Positions 23,008 to 34,608 of a stretch of 64,000 bases of DNA are shown here, in pieces. Each line of letters begins with the position of its first letter. The stretch's first letter is position 1. Under the pieces are notes generated by a model. The model did not search any database. It worked only from the letters and a program-made list of their open reading frames with translations, and was not told the DNA's origin. A program made the translations under genes and the position numbers. This stretch comes from Auanema rhodensis (taxonomy: Eukaryota; Animalia; Nematoda): assembly GCA_964057225.1 (NCBI GenBank), contig OZ059894.1, forward strand, positions 11,594,001-11,658,000. The letters run 5' to 3'.

Positions 23008-25649
23008 GGGTGGCGGACGTTTCGTCGTCTCTAGTTTGTGAACTAGTTCAGGCTGATCATTAGAGGGCAAACTTTATGATAATGTGCTGACAACTGTCAG
23101 TGTTCATGTAACTCGGGGTGCTATTAAAGCTATAAATCTATAGAAGTCAGATATAAGTGGCTACATACCTTGAAGTGCCATCAAAATATAAATTGAAAAA
23201 AGCAGAAATTAAAATAAACATACAGTTCTATCAACCAGGCTATCATCAAACAGTTTCAAGTCAACAGTTACGTGAGTTCATAGTAATAGTTGTTAGTTTA
23301 TCTTTTCTTTCGATAAGTTTGCTTATTCACACTTTCTCATCTTTTCTCGTTCATCATGATTTTTCCTTCTACTTTCTGTCCATTTTCTCTGATGATTAAC
23401 GCTCAGGGTAAATTTGTTCTTGTTTCTCAGCCTTTTGATAATGTTCCTTCGGAGAACATAACTATCTTTTTTAATAATTCTTCGGTAAATACTCAGAATC
23501 TTGAAGTTTATTCAAATGATGTAACTTCACTCTCATTTTTGAATTTCACTCTTCCATCTTTTAATATCCCTCCATTGAGGCAGCAAAATGTTAATTTTGC
23601 TTCTGCTCTTTCTCTAGTTAATTCATCTGCGGCATCTTCTTCAGTTGAATCTGTTGCTACAGTTACTGTTCCTACTGTCAACAGCGTTCCACTGTTCTCT
23701 TCTTCTACTTCACATCTTTCTATTCAGCCTTCTTCTTCTTCTTCTGCCGTTCATTCTTCACCGTCATCTTCTCTTTCTTCTTCTCCTCCTTCTGTTTCCT
23801 CTCCTTCTTTACCTGTTCTCTCTCCTTCTTCTTCTGTTCCCTCTCCTTCTTCTTCTGTTCCCTCTCCTTCTTCTTCTGTTCCCTCTCCTTCTTCTTCATT
23901 TTCTTTGCAATCTGCAAATCCTAACTCATACGCCGCTCTCATTGCGCCTTCTAAGCAGGGTGTACACCCCTGTTTAGAATATAAATTTGAAAACTTGCTG
24001 TATCGCTACCAATTCAGTAGTAAAAGTTCTCAAAAAGCTTATTCTATTTATCGTTGCACAGGTTGTAAACATTTGGGTAAATACACTTCTATCAAAGTAG
24101 AAAATAATGTATTTCTCGAAAATCCTGTTGCTCAAAACCATCATTGTGATCCATTTTTGTTTTCTATTAACAAATGCAAAAATATCACATACTCTCTAAC
24201 TCAGAATATTAAAAGTTCAGACTCATGTTTTGAGATGAAAGCATATTCCTTATTTGTCAATGAAATAAAAAAAATATTTCATGAATCTGAGTTAGAAGAG
24301 CATGAAAAGCAAGAAGTTTCCTCTGCTTGGTTTCATGGTGGCTATGACAGTAGACGTAGAGCTATTACAAGGGCTTTAAGTTCTCGTAAAGACTTAAGAA
24401 CATCCATGACCAATGTTCCTCTGTCTCTGTCTAAAACTATCAATGGTCGTACGTTCTTGCATTTTCATGACAGCGAGTTTCATTTGTATTTCGATACATT
24501 TTGTTTGGAACTAGCTGTTCAGAATGGTTTAACTCATTTGCTTGGGGACGGTTGTTTCAAATACCAGCCTTTGGATATGGAACAAACATATACCATCATG
24601 GGCGGTTGCAGAAATGGAACAACTGTACCTCTTTTCTATTCCATTTTAAAAAATAAGAGTAGGTTCACTTATAGAAGGCTTCTTCAACATATTGCACTAG
24701 CTCTCTCCAACGTTGGTTGCATAGTTGAAAACCTTATTTTTATCTGTGATTTTGAGATCGCTGTAATAAGGGAAGCTGAAACTATTTTTAATTCTGTTCA
24801 AGGATGTGCATTTCATTATGCTCAGAGCTTGAACAGACGGTTTCTTCAACTGGGTTTGACACAAGCAGAGAAGCAATCCATTGAAATCAAACAATGGCAT
24901 GGTCGGCTGCTGGGCTTGCTCTTCCTTCAAACTGATCTTATCTCACGGTCCGGGTTACTCAATTCTCCTGTTTCTTCTGATCATCCATCATATTCTTCTT
25001 GTCTTCAAATGATCAGTTATGTGAATGAAACATGGATTGAAGGACCTTTGCGACATTATTGGAGCAAATGGGACATAAAACAGTTTCGTACATCTAATAA
25101 TGTTGAATCTTTTCACCGTAAAATGAAGACTATTTTATCTTGCTCTCATCCTCCTCTTTCTGAATTAATTACTTTTTTTCATGGTGAAAATTTGATGGCT
25201 AATCATGTCCTGATCGCTTTGTCATCGAATGTTGAGCCTGCCAGGAAAAAAAGAAAAAACGTAATTGAGAGGCAACAACGGATTGAGGTTTAGTTTGAAA
25301 ACTTTAGGAGCATCTCCAATAACCGACTGCCTAATCAGCAAGAAATAATAGCATATGTCGAGGAGATGGCGAAGTTTAACACCAGAAAATCTTATTTTTG
25401 AATCATTTAACTTGAAAAACTAAACTCTAATAAATTTTTTGAATCATATCTTTTTTTTCTAACACAAAAACCTCCTTGCCGTTTAGATTGAAAACCTCGA
25501 TTTTTTATGAACTGTTTAAGTTTTTGGGTAATTTTTAGAAGTCTAAACGACCAAAAACTGAGAGTACAACACGTGTGGTATAATTTACGACCGTTAGGCT
25601 TGCTGGGGAGAGGTTGTAAAAATAGGAGACGACGAAACGTCTCAGACCC
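23008..25649 (+). mobile_element. Mutator-like (MULE) DNA transposon
   Basis: 9-bp TSD GGACGGGAT (22999-23007, 25650-25658); 24-bp imperfect TIRs GGGTnnnnGACGTTTCGTCGTCTC (20/24); transposase ORF. Confidence 0.93.
23356..25293 (+). CDS. MULE DDE transposase (start uncertain, stop possibly premature)
   Basis: GDGCFK, ICDFE, GCAFH (CxxH) and TSNNVESFH motifs; Cys/His region YRCTGC..HHC; Ser/Pro-rich N-terminal repeats. Confidence 0.88.
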   Translation: MIFPSTFCPFSLMINAQGKFVLVSQPFDNVPSENITIFFNNSSVNTQNLEVYSNDVTSLSFLNFTLPSFNIPPLRQQNVNFASALSLVNSSAASSSVESVATVTVPTVNSVPLFSSSTSHLSIQPSSSSSAVHSSPSSSLSSSPPSVSSPSLPVLSPSSSVPSPSSSVPSPSSSVPSPSSSFSLQSANPNSYAALIAPSKQGVHPCLEYKFENLLYRYQFSSKSSQKAYSIYRCTGCKHLGKYTSIKVENNVFLENPVAQNHHCDPFLFSINKCKNITYSLTQNIKSSDSCFEMKAYSLFVNEIKKIFHESELEEHEKQEVSSAWFHGGYDSRRRAITRALSSRKDLRTSMTNVPLSLSKTINGRTFLHFHDSEFHLYFDTFCLELAVQNGLTHLLGDGCFKYQPLDMEQTYTIMGGCRNGTTVPLFYSILKNKSRFTYRRLLQHIALALSNVGCIVENLIFICDFEIAVIREAETIFNSVQGCAFHYAQSLNRRFLQLGLTQAEKQSIEIKQWHGRLLGLLFLQTDLISRSGLLNSPVSSDHPSYSSCLQMISYVNETWIEGPLRHYWSKWDIKQFRTSNNVESFHRKMKTILSCSHPPLSELITFFHGENLMANHVLIALSSNVEPARKKRKNVIERQQRIEV

Positions 25650-25689
25650 GGACGGGATGGCGTACTTTCAACGTGGTATGGTCGTAAGC
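25650..25689 (-). pseudogene. 5S rRNA 5' part (nt 1-40), interrupted by MULE
   Basis: 5S sequence resumes at the TSD. Confidence 0.93.
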
Positions 25690-25831
25690 AATGTCATATT
25701 CTTCATTATCAGTTATATCACTCTAAATCTTGTTGTTAATAGATACGACCACAAAGAAAACAACAGGAACAGTAACAATAACAAAAAAAATTTTTTTTTC
25801 ACCTATGTGTCTAAAGGTTAGCCATGTATCC

Positions 25832-25881
<50 letters not shown>

Positions 25882-27060
25882 ACAGTAAAAAGTCCAATCA
25901 AGAGAGAAATTTTTTCAACACATAGTTGTTTTTTTTTTAAATATCATTGTTTTTCCTCATAACTCGGTTTAAACTCGTTCTAACCCGTTGAAATACGTCT
26001 AGAAAGTCTTTATAACATGCATATGTATGATAGAACTTCATATTTATTGTAATAGAAAATTTTATTTTCAGACGTCTTGGTTAACAATGATATGTTTTAC
26101 CCCCTTATAATTTTTATCATAATGTTCCTTATACGGAACGCTCAATGAAACTTGCTTCCAGAAAAATTTCTTTCTATTTTTTCTTCATATGTACGTAGAT
26201 ACTATAGAGAACTATGATAGAAAACTTTAACATTCACGAAATCATCATTTCTCATTACGCTACGGAGGTTTAAAAAGCTGTGTTTTACCTTATAATAGAC
26301 CGGAAAACCCTTGTGTTAAAACTGGACCGTTTTTACACATATAAAAATGTCCCGTATTCGGGACCCTAATGTAACTTTTGATTCCCTATATTTTTTTTCA
26401 TGAAATTTACAATCTACTGTAGAAAGAAGAATTATTTTTATAAAAACTGTAAATTTTTGAAAAATGAAAACAAAACGAAAACAAAAACAACTTTTTTTTG
26501 AACATTTTCTCACACAAGGGTCCCCCCTTACCTACTTTTTTTCTCATTACTCGTTTCAACCTCATCCGATCACTCTGCAAACATGTTTAATCGTTCTAAC
26601 TTGTTGAAATACGTCTTAAAAGTCTAAACAACATGCATATGCATAATAGAAACCACCCGAATAGGCCCCCACGCACTAAACGAGATATATACATTACCAG
26701 TATAGTAATAGAACACATATTGAAGATTAATTCGATAAGAACAATTTATTGACGTAGAGAATGTTTGTTCCGAAAAACTACAATATTAAACTATAAAAGT
26801 AACAAAAGCGTAGAGGCAGCAAAGACATGAATAAACATAAATGTAAATACAGAATTACCAGGTAGTACATAAGTATGACAAAAAATTATAAGAAAGCCAT
26901 GAAAATAGAAGGTTTGTGAACAAATGAGAGGTACATCTTTGATCGTATAGTCATTTCTAAACCGTTCGTATGCTGCAGCATCGTCATAAGCGTCACTCAA
27001 GTTGAATTTCCATGTGTACTACACGATTTTCATTCTTATTGTTACATTCTTTCCCTGAGG

Positions 27061-27210
27061 GAATGGGCCGTTCCCGCCAGCAGTGCAAGAGCGGGTCGAC
27101 CCGTGAGGTGGAGCTAGCAAGCCAGCATCTACCTCAAGTCTCAAAAATCGGTTAACCTTATTGTGAACCAATGGAACACATATCGAAGGTTAATTCGATA
27201 AGAACGATTA
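27061..27210 (-). pseudogene. U2: U2 3' part (nt 38-end) downstream of Utopia-like copy 2
   Basis: Junction ...AATAAACCAT|TAATCGTTCTT on minus. Confidence 0.92.
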
Positions 27211-30200
27211 ATGGTTTATTGAATAACTAATGTTATGATACAATAAATAACCAATAAAAAAGAGCCCAGAATCGGGGAGACGGTATTACCAGTACAACTT
27301 AAAACAGCAAGTAATTAAAAAGTACATAATAAGACACATTGCCAACAGAGGCTAAAACGACTCAAGAGTCGGGGGAGTGGGTTAAAAAAAAATGAACAAA
27401 AAAAATGAATATTAAAGCAGAACAATGAGAAATCAAGTGCCGCTATGATCAAACAATTTGAGTGCCTACGGCAATGATGTTAAAAATAAACAACAAAATA
27501 CATGTACCAATGAAGGTCAGAAAGAAAGAAACAAAAGACAAAATAAGTAATACAAAAAGTAAATACATTACAATCAAATCACAAACAAGTCAATTGATAA
27601 TTTCTTCTTCATATTGCCTTACACCAGAAACATGTTCCACGTAGATATTCCTGGCCCACTTGATGGTATCGGCGACGACGAGCTTCTCCATTAGCCGGTT
27701 GTAGTGGCTGCTGATCTTGAGTGATCGGAGGGCTTGTCCGTTGAGCGGGTCCATAGTTCCAAGCATTCCTACGACATACGCTTCTACACTAGTCTTATAA
27801 CCAAGACATTGGTATTGGCTGGCTATGTCAGCATATTTCCTCTCCTTTATCATACGCGCGGCTATCATGGCTTGACGGCGGTTTTCATAGCTCACTGTAA
27901 CATCAACGATACTACAGTGTTTTGCGTCATGATCGACCACTACTATGTCAGGTCGGAGTGTACTATTAATGCCAGGAAGAGGCTGGTTAGTGTAAACTTC
28001 TCCGTTTTTAGGCTCTGGCAGGGCTTTGATAAGACGGTCCACGATGTTGTTGTGGCGGAGTTGGATTGCTCTCGTGTGAGAGTGGCAGTGTCCAAGAACA
28101 TGTGCAGCAGTTTCGTTGGAGTAACTACACCTGCGGCACTGTTTGTTTCCTTCTCCGTGTCTTCTACAGCCATTGAGCTGGAGAGTATTGAGTCGAGCCT
28201 TGTGGATGAATCGCCAATCAGCAAACCGTATGAAATCTCCCTTCGCCATAAAGTGATTGGACGCTTTGTTGAGCATTGTGACATCAAAGACTTTCCCTTG
28301 ATCCGGTTTTTGAAGAAGGATCCGAAGGTCTTTCAGCCATAATGCACGTCGCAGGCTTCTGTGGCATAGTGAAGGTGTTAACAGTTGGTTGTTTAGATTG
28401 AGTTCTAAACCACTTTCGAGGCATGTCCAGTTAGCGTTGATGAGTTTCTTGAGTTGACGCATCGCTACTCTTACTCTAGTCCAGATGGAGGAAACATCAG
28501 ATGTTTCGGTGTCGAAAATGCCATCAACGGAACCGTTGTAATATGCAGCTGTCTCATCGTTACTGGCTTGACGTTTAATCCTTTTTGATGCTACTTTTTT
28601 TGAGTCTTGATGCGCAATATCAGCTACTACAAGATCAGATGACTTCAAAAGTTGGTAGGCATGAGTGACTTCACAGACGTCTGACAGGTGTTGGAGTCGA
28701 GAGAGACCAAGTCCGCCGTAGTTAGTTGGCAGGTAGATTGGTTCAGCACTGGCGTTTGGAGGATAGTGCATCCATCTACAGGCACAGCGTTTGAGTTCTT
28801 TGTCAAAGGCGACTAGTTTACTCTTTGGGACGTGGCCATTCGTCATATGAAAATTAAGGCAGGGCATCAGGAAGGTGCGTACTGCGTCAGCTTTCTGCCA
28901 TTCAGCAAGTAAGGATTTGTCAATTTTTTCCAAGTGTTGACTCATAATATTCACTGTTGGAACCGCAGACTTATGTAAATGCATTCCAGTAGGGATTCCC
29001 AGGTGGGAGTAGCTGTCAAATTTGCTAAGAGCGGGTAGAGAGGAGCTCTGTAGCATGTATGAGGCTGTTGATATTTTCCCTTTGTCGATCGTCAAGGTGG
29101 CGCATTTCGCTGGTTTGAAGGTCAAGCCTGTGAAATTAGCCGCATTTGATGCTGCGTCCAACATTTTCTGTAGATCTTCTGATGATGAGGAGACCAGGGC
29201 AAGGTCATCGGCGTACGCTAGCACAGCGATGTTGTGGTTGTGTAGCTTATAGCCTGTAGAGGTTTCCAAGATGGTTTTAATTAGAGGTTCAATGGCAAGG
29301 TTGAACAGGATCGGAGATAGTGGGGATCCTTGTAACACACCTGCGTGAACTGGAATGGTCGAAGTGAGTCCGGAGCCTGTCTGGATTCTTGTAGAGGCAT
29401 CTGTGTATAGAGCTCGTACTCGGGATATTGAGGCTTCAGCCATTCCTGACCATCTTAGAACGTCTAGCAGAGTTTCGTGTGGCAGCGATCCAAAAGCGTT
29501 TGCGAGATCAAGCCAAGCAATTGCAATTTTCTCACGTTTACGTTTAGCGTCCGCAATGGTACTTTGCAACATAAAGTTGTGTTCCATGCATCCAGCTTTG
29601 GCCACAAAGCCCTTTTGGGAGGGAGAAAGTCTTTTTTCTGCTCTTGCCCATGTTAGCAGTCGATGCGTAAGACAAGCTGAGTACGTCTTACCAATTGTGC
29701 ACGAAAGTGCTATTGGTCGCCAGTTGTTAATGTCAGCTTTATCACCTTTCTTATGGATGAGGACGGTGGTCGACTCTTTCCAGGAAAAAGGGATGTGTCC
29801 TAGCTTGTGTACGGTGTTAAATATCGCTGCTAATATGTGACCTCCTTGGTCAAATTTCTTCCAGTGCGAGTATCGAAGTCCATCAGCTCCTGGAGCCGTA
29901 TCGCTGCAACGTCGTATGCGTTCCCAGACTTCCAAAGGGGTGAAAACACCTTCTAGTGGGTCGGTACTAGCTGGCAAATCCGGTCTGGTGACTGTGATGG
30001 GGAGGGCTGGGCCTTGACTGCTGTGAACAGAAAGGAAGTGTTTTTCAACCTCTGCAGATGGTATGGTGCAGGTTTCACTTTGTTCTCCGAGCAGTTGTCG
30101 AAAGGCTTTCTTCTTGTTGGCCCTCCAAAGCTTCTGGAGCTTCATCGCCTGGGTTTTTTGGTCTTCCTCAGGTTGTGTGTGTGGTCGGCGCCTTTGTCGG

Positions 30201-30920
30201 AAGTTGGGAACTTTGATCATAATGTCAAGAGACTTTCTGATTGTGTCTACCAACTCTTCCAGGACCTGCTCGAGCTCACTTTTGCACACTACCTTTTTAA
30301 TTCTATCCACCCAAATATTTTCAGAGTTTCTATTCGGATCAGGGTCGGCAAAAGATGGTTCTGTACTCGGAACCCTGATCTCGTTGAATATTTCACTCTC
30401 TCGCGGAAGGGGGGAAACTTCGGCCTCTGGGGACAAGTCCAGAATTGGGGCCTCAAACAAGCGTACCGTTGATGGAGATCCTTGTTCCTGTCCACTGGAT
30501 GATGTTTCCTCCATTGTACGCTCCTCCACGGGCGGGGTGGTCGTCCTTGTGCCTGGTGGGCGGGTGTTCCTGATCCTCCGCAATATAGGGCGGGAACTGG
30601 GCTCTCTCGGAGATAGAGGTGAGATCACCACAGTTTCCTCTATGATGCGGAGACATCCTTCAGCTTTTTTCTGATGGCTTTTAACGGCCTTCAGATTGCT
30701 GGTGAGGCCACAGGCACGGCACTCAAATTCTACTCTGACCTCATGTTCTCTCCGAAGATGGCGGACGAGACCATTGTGGTCTGAGTAGGATCGCGGAATA
30801 GGAGCGCAGATTGAACACGAAAAAGGGCTCTGAAGAGGCACCTTTAGCTTGTAAAGCCCTTGCTCCATCTCTAGCAGATCTAAAGACTTACGTAGTACAG
30901 TTGCAATATCGATTTAGCCA
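27211..30920 (-). mobile_element. Utopia-like U2-targeting RLE non-LTR retrotransposon, copy 2 (3710 bp, full length)
   Basis: Inserted in U2 at nt ~38; 52-nt leader, single ORF, ~380-nt 3' UTR ending AATAAACCAT, no poly(A). Confidence 0.94.
27590..30868 (-). CDS. Zn-finger / RT / CCHC / restriction-like endonuclease protein, 1092 aa
   Basis: CSIC..H..H and CRAC..H..C fingers, WRPIAL, WLDLANAFGS, GVLQGSPLSP, YADD, CRRC..HVLGHC, RHN, RPDIVV..IVDVTV..KERKY. Confidence 0.96.
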   Translation of the reverse strand: MEQGLYKLKVPLQSPFSCSICAPIPRSYSDHNGLVRHLRREHEVRVEFECRACGLTSNLKAVKSHQKKAEGCLRIIEETVVISPLSPREPSSRPILRRIRNTRPPGTRTTTPPVEERTMEETSSSGQEQGSPSTVRLFEAPILDLSPEAEVSPLPRESEIFNEIRVPSTEPSFADPDPNRNSENIWVDRIKKVVCKSELEQVLEELVDTIRKSLDIMIKVPNFRQRRRPHTQPEEDQKTQAMKLQKLWRANKKKAFRQLLGEQSETCTIPSAEVEKHFLSVHSSQGPALPITVTRPDLPASTDPLEGVFTPLEVWERIRRCSDTAPGADGLRYSHWKKFDQGGHILAAIFNTVHKLGHIPFSWKESTTVLIHKKGDKADINNWRPIALSCTIGKTYSACLTHRLLTWARAEKRLSPSQKGFVAKAGCMEHNFMLQSTIADAKRKREKIAIAWLDLANAFGSLPHETLLDVLRWSGMAEASISRVRALYTDASTRIQTGSGLTSTIPVHAGVLQGSPLSPILFNLAIEPLIKTILETSTGYKLHNHNIAVLAYADDLALVSSSSEDLQKMLDAASNAANFTGLTFKPAKCATLTIDKGKISTASYMLQSSSLPALSKFDSYSHLGIPTGMHLHKSAVPTVNIMSQHLEKIDKSLLAEWQKADAVRTFLMPCLNFHMTNGHVPKSKLVAFDKELKRCACRWMHYPPNASAEPIYLPTNYGGLGLSRLQHLSDVCEVTHAYQLLKSSDLVVADIAHQDSKKVASKRIKRQASNDETAAYYNGSVDGIFDTETSDVSSIWTRVRVAMRQLKKLINANWTCLESGLELNLNNQLLTPSLCHRSLRRALWLKDLRILLQKPDQGKVFDVTMLNKASNHFMAKGDFIRFADWRFIHKARLNTLQLNGCRRHGEGNKQCRRCSYSNETAAHVLGHCHSHTRAIQLRHNNIVDRLIKALPEPKNGEVYTNQPLPGINSTLRPDIVVVDHDAKHCSIVDVTVSYENRRQAMIAARMIKERKYADIASQYQCLGYKTSVEAYVVGMLGTMDPLNGQALRSLKISSHYNRLMEKLVVADTIKWARNIYVEHVSGVRQYEEEIIN

Positions 30921-31016
30921 TTAACCTTATTGTGAACCAATGGAACACATATCGAAGGTTAATTCGATAAGAACGATTACTACACTTTGATCTTAGCCAA
31001 AAGGCCGAGAAGCGAT
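30921..31016 (-). pseudogene. U2: U2 5' fragment (nt 1-96) fused to copy 2
   Basis: Same junction as 2289 and 39647. Confidence 0.92.
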
Positions 31017-31458
31017 ACAGCATAGCCATGAGTATCAAAGACATCAAGCAAATGTATCGTACTTGTTACGAGTGCACTCTCTCATTTGAATATAAAAGTG
31101 TGGTTTGACAATCTTGACTGTACAGGTCATAAATGGCTCATATAAACTGTGGATTTACTCAACTTTTGGACTTATTTTTTTCTTATTCGAAGCGCTGCAC
31201 TTTTTTCTATTCTTTTTATTCAAATACTTGTATATAGTTTTATATGTACGGTTGCAAAGTTTCCGAATATTTTATATATTTTTATACAATAATTAGGAGA
31301 AGGTTAATACAATGAAATCTCCCAACTTTACAGTGTTTGTATTGCTTACAGTATCTAGAACAACCACTCTTGTAATATTAGAGCACATATCAATCAACAA
31401 CTTTTTCTAGTTATCAAAGCTTTTTTATTTCTTCAAGATATTTCAAATAAAATATAAA

Positions 31459-31577
31459 AGCTTACGACACCCGGGATTCCCAAGCCGTCTCCGATCCAAG
31501 TACTAACCGGGCCCAACGTTGCTTGACTTGCCAGATCGGACGGGATGGCGTACTTTCAACGTGGTATGGTCGTAAGC
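31459..31577 (-). rRNA. 5S rRNA
   Basis: Array copy. Confidence 0.96.
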
Positions 31578-31818
31578 AATGTTATATTCTTCATTATCAG
31601 TTATATCACTCTAAATCTTGTTGTTAATAGTTAGGACCACAAAGAAAACAACAGGAACAGTAACAAATGAAATGCCCAAACTTTACAGTGTTCGAGTTAT
31701 TTACAGTATCTAAGACTACCTCTGTCGTGTTATTAGAGCAAACATTCGATTAACAACAACTTTTTTTTAGTTATCAAAGCTTTTTTATTTCTTCAAAAAA
31801 TTTCAAATAAAATATAAA

Positions 31819-31937
31819 AGCTTACGACACCCGGGATTCCCAAGCCGTCTCCGATCCAAGTACTAACCGGGCCCAACGTTGCTTGACTTGCCAGATCGGA
31901 CGGGATGGCGTACTTTCAACGTGGTATGGTCGTAAGC
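31819..31937 (-). rRNA. 5S rRNA
   Basis: Array copy. Confidence 0.96.
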
Positions 31938-32079
31938 AATGTCATATTCTTCATTATCAGTTATATCACTCTAAATCTTGTTGTTAATAGATACGACCAC
32001 AAAGAAAACAACAGGAACAGTAACAATAACAAAAAAAATTTTTTTTTCACCTATGTGTCTAAAGGTTAGCCATGTATCC

Positions 32080-32129
<50 letters not shown>

Positions 32130-33308
32130 ACAGTAAAAAGTCCAATCAAGAGAGAAATTTTTTCAACACATAGTTGTTTTTTTTTTAAATATCATTGTTT
32201 TTCCTCATAACTCGGTTTAAACTCGTTCTAACCCGTTGAAATACGTCTAGAAAGTCTTTATAACATGCATATGTATGATAGAACTTCATATTTATTGTAA
32301 TAGAAAATTTTATTTTCAGACGTCTTGGTTAACAATGATATGTTTTACCCCCTTATAATTTTTATCATAATGTTCCTTATACGGAACGCTCAATGAAACT
32401 TGCTTCCAGAAAAATTTCTTTCTATTTTTTCTTCATATGTACGTAGATACTATAGAGAACTATGATAGAAAACTTTAACATTCACGAAATCATCATTTCT
32501 CATTACGCTACGGAGGTTTAAAAAGCTGTGTTTTACCTTATAATAGACCGGAAAACCCTTGTGTTAAAACTGGACCGTTTTTACACATATAAAAATGTCC
32601 CGTATTCGGGACCCTAATGTAACTTTTGATTCCCTATATTTTTTTTCATGAAATTTACAATCTACTGTAGAAAGAAGAATTATTTTTATAAAAACTGTAA
32701 ATTTTTGAAAAATGAAAACAAAACGAAAACAAAAACAACTTTTTTTTGAACATTTTCTCACACAAGGGTCCCCCCTTACCTACTTTTTTTCTCATTACTC
32801 GTTTCAACCTCATCCGATCACTCTGCAAACATGTTTAATCGTTCTAACTTGTTGAAATACGTCTTAAAAGTCTAAACAACATGCATATGCATAATAGAAA
32901 CCACCCGAATAGGCCCCCACGCACTAAACGAGATATATACATTACCAGTATAGTAATAGAACACATATTGAAGATTAATTCGATAAGAACAATTTATTGA
33001 CGTAGAGAATGTTTGTTCCGAAAAACTACAATATTAAACTATAAAAGTAACAAAAGCGTAGAGGCAGCAAAGACATGAATAAACATAAATGTAAATACAG
33101 AATTACCAGGTAGTACATAAGTATGACAAAAAATTATAAGAAAGCCATGAAAATAGAAGGTTTGTGAACAAATGAGAGGTACATCTTTGATCGTATAGTC
33201 ATTTCTAAACCGTTCGTATGCTGCAGCATCGTCATAAGCGTCACTCAAGTTGAATTTCCATGTGTACTACACGATTTTCATTCTTATTGTTACATTCTTT
33301 CCCTGAGG

Positions 33309-33495
33309 GAATGGGCCGTTCCCGCCAGCAGTGCAAGAGCGGGTCGACCCGTGAGGTGGAGCTAGCAAGCCAGCATCTACCTCAAGTCTCAAAAATCGGT
33401 TAACCTTATTGTGAACCAATGGAACACATATCGAAGGTTAATTCGATAAGAACGATTACTACACTTTGATCTTAGCCAAAAGGCCGAGAAGCGAT
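33309..33495 (-). ncRNA. U2: U2 snRNA
   Basis: Array copy. Confidence 0.95.
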
Positions 33496-33937
33496 ACAGC
33501 ATAGCCATGAGTATCAAAGACATCAAGCAAATGTATCGTACTTGTTACGAGTGCACTCTCTCATTTGAATATAAAAGTGTGGTTTGACAATCTTGACTGT
33601 ACAGGTCATAAATGGCTCATATAAACTGTGGATTTACTCAACTTTTGGACTTATTTTTTTCTTATTCGAAGCGCTGCACTTTTTTCTATTCTTTTTATTC
33701 AAATACTTGTATATAGTTTTATATGTACGGTTGCAAAGTTTCCGAATATTTTATATATTTTTATACAATAATTAGGAGAAGGTTAATACAATGAAATCTC
33801 CCAACTTTACAGTGTTTGTATTGCTTACAGTATCTAGAACAACCACTCTTGTAATATTAGAGCACATATCAATCAACAACTTTTTCTAGTTATCAAAGCT
33901 TTTTTATTTCTTCAAGATATTTCAAATAAAATATAAA

Positions 33938-34056
33938 AGCTTACGACACCCGGGATTCCCAAGCCGTCTCCGATCCAAGTACTAACCGGGCCCAACGTTG
34001 CTTGACTTGCCAGATCGGACGGGATGACGTACTTTCAACGTGGTATGGTCGTAAGC
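33938..34056 (-). rRNA. 5S rRNA (C30U variant at 34027)
   Basis: gggatgacgt instead of gggatggcgt. Confidence 0.93.
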
Positions 34057-34297
34057 AATGTTATATTCTTCATTATCAGTTATATCACTCTAAATCTTGT
34101 TGTTAATAGTTAGGACCACAAAGAAAACAACAGGAACAGTAACAAATGAAATGCCCAAACTTTACAGTGTTCGAGTTATTTACAGTATCTAAGACTACCT
34201 CTGTCGTGTTATTAGAGCAAACATTCGATTAACAACAACTTTTTTTTAGTTATCAAAGCTTTTTTATTTCTTCAAAAAATTTCAAATAAAATATAAA

Positions 34298-34416
34298 AGC
34301 TTACGACACCCGGGATTCCCAAGCCGTCTCCGATCCAAGTACTAACCGGGCCCAACGTTGCTTGACTTGCCAGATCGGACGGGATGGCGTACTTTCAACG
34401 TGGTATGGTCGTAAGC
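34298..34416 (-). rRNA. 5S rRNA
   Basis: Array copy. Confidence 0.96.
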
Positions 34417-34558
34417 AATGTCATATTCTTCATTATCAGTTATATCACTCTAAATCTTGTTGTTAATAGATACGACCACAAAGAAAACAACAGGAACAGT
34501 AACAATAACAAAAAAAATTTTTTTTTCACCTATGTGTCTAAAGGTTAGCCATGTATCC

Positions 34559-34608
<50 letters not shown>

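Noticed and set aside
27211-30920. Keno, NeSL or R2 assignment
   Set aside because: Keno also targets U2 but uses an APE endonuclease; NeSL targets SL RNA and R2 targets 28S. RLE plus a U2 target fits Utopia, and no Ulp1 protease domain is evident
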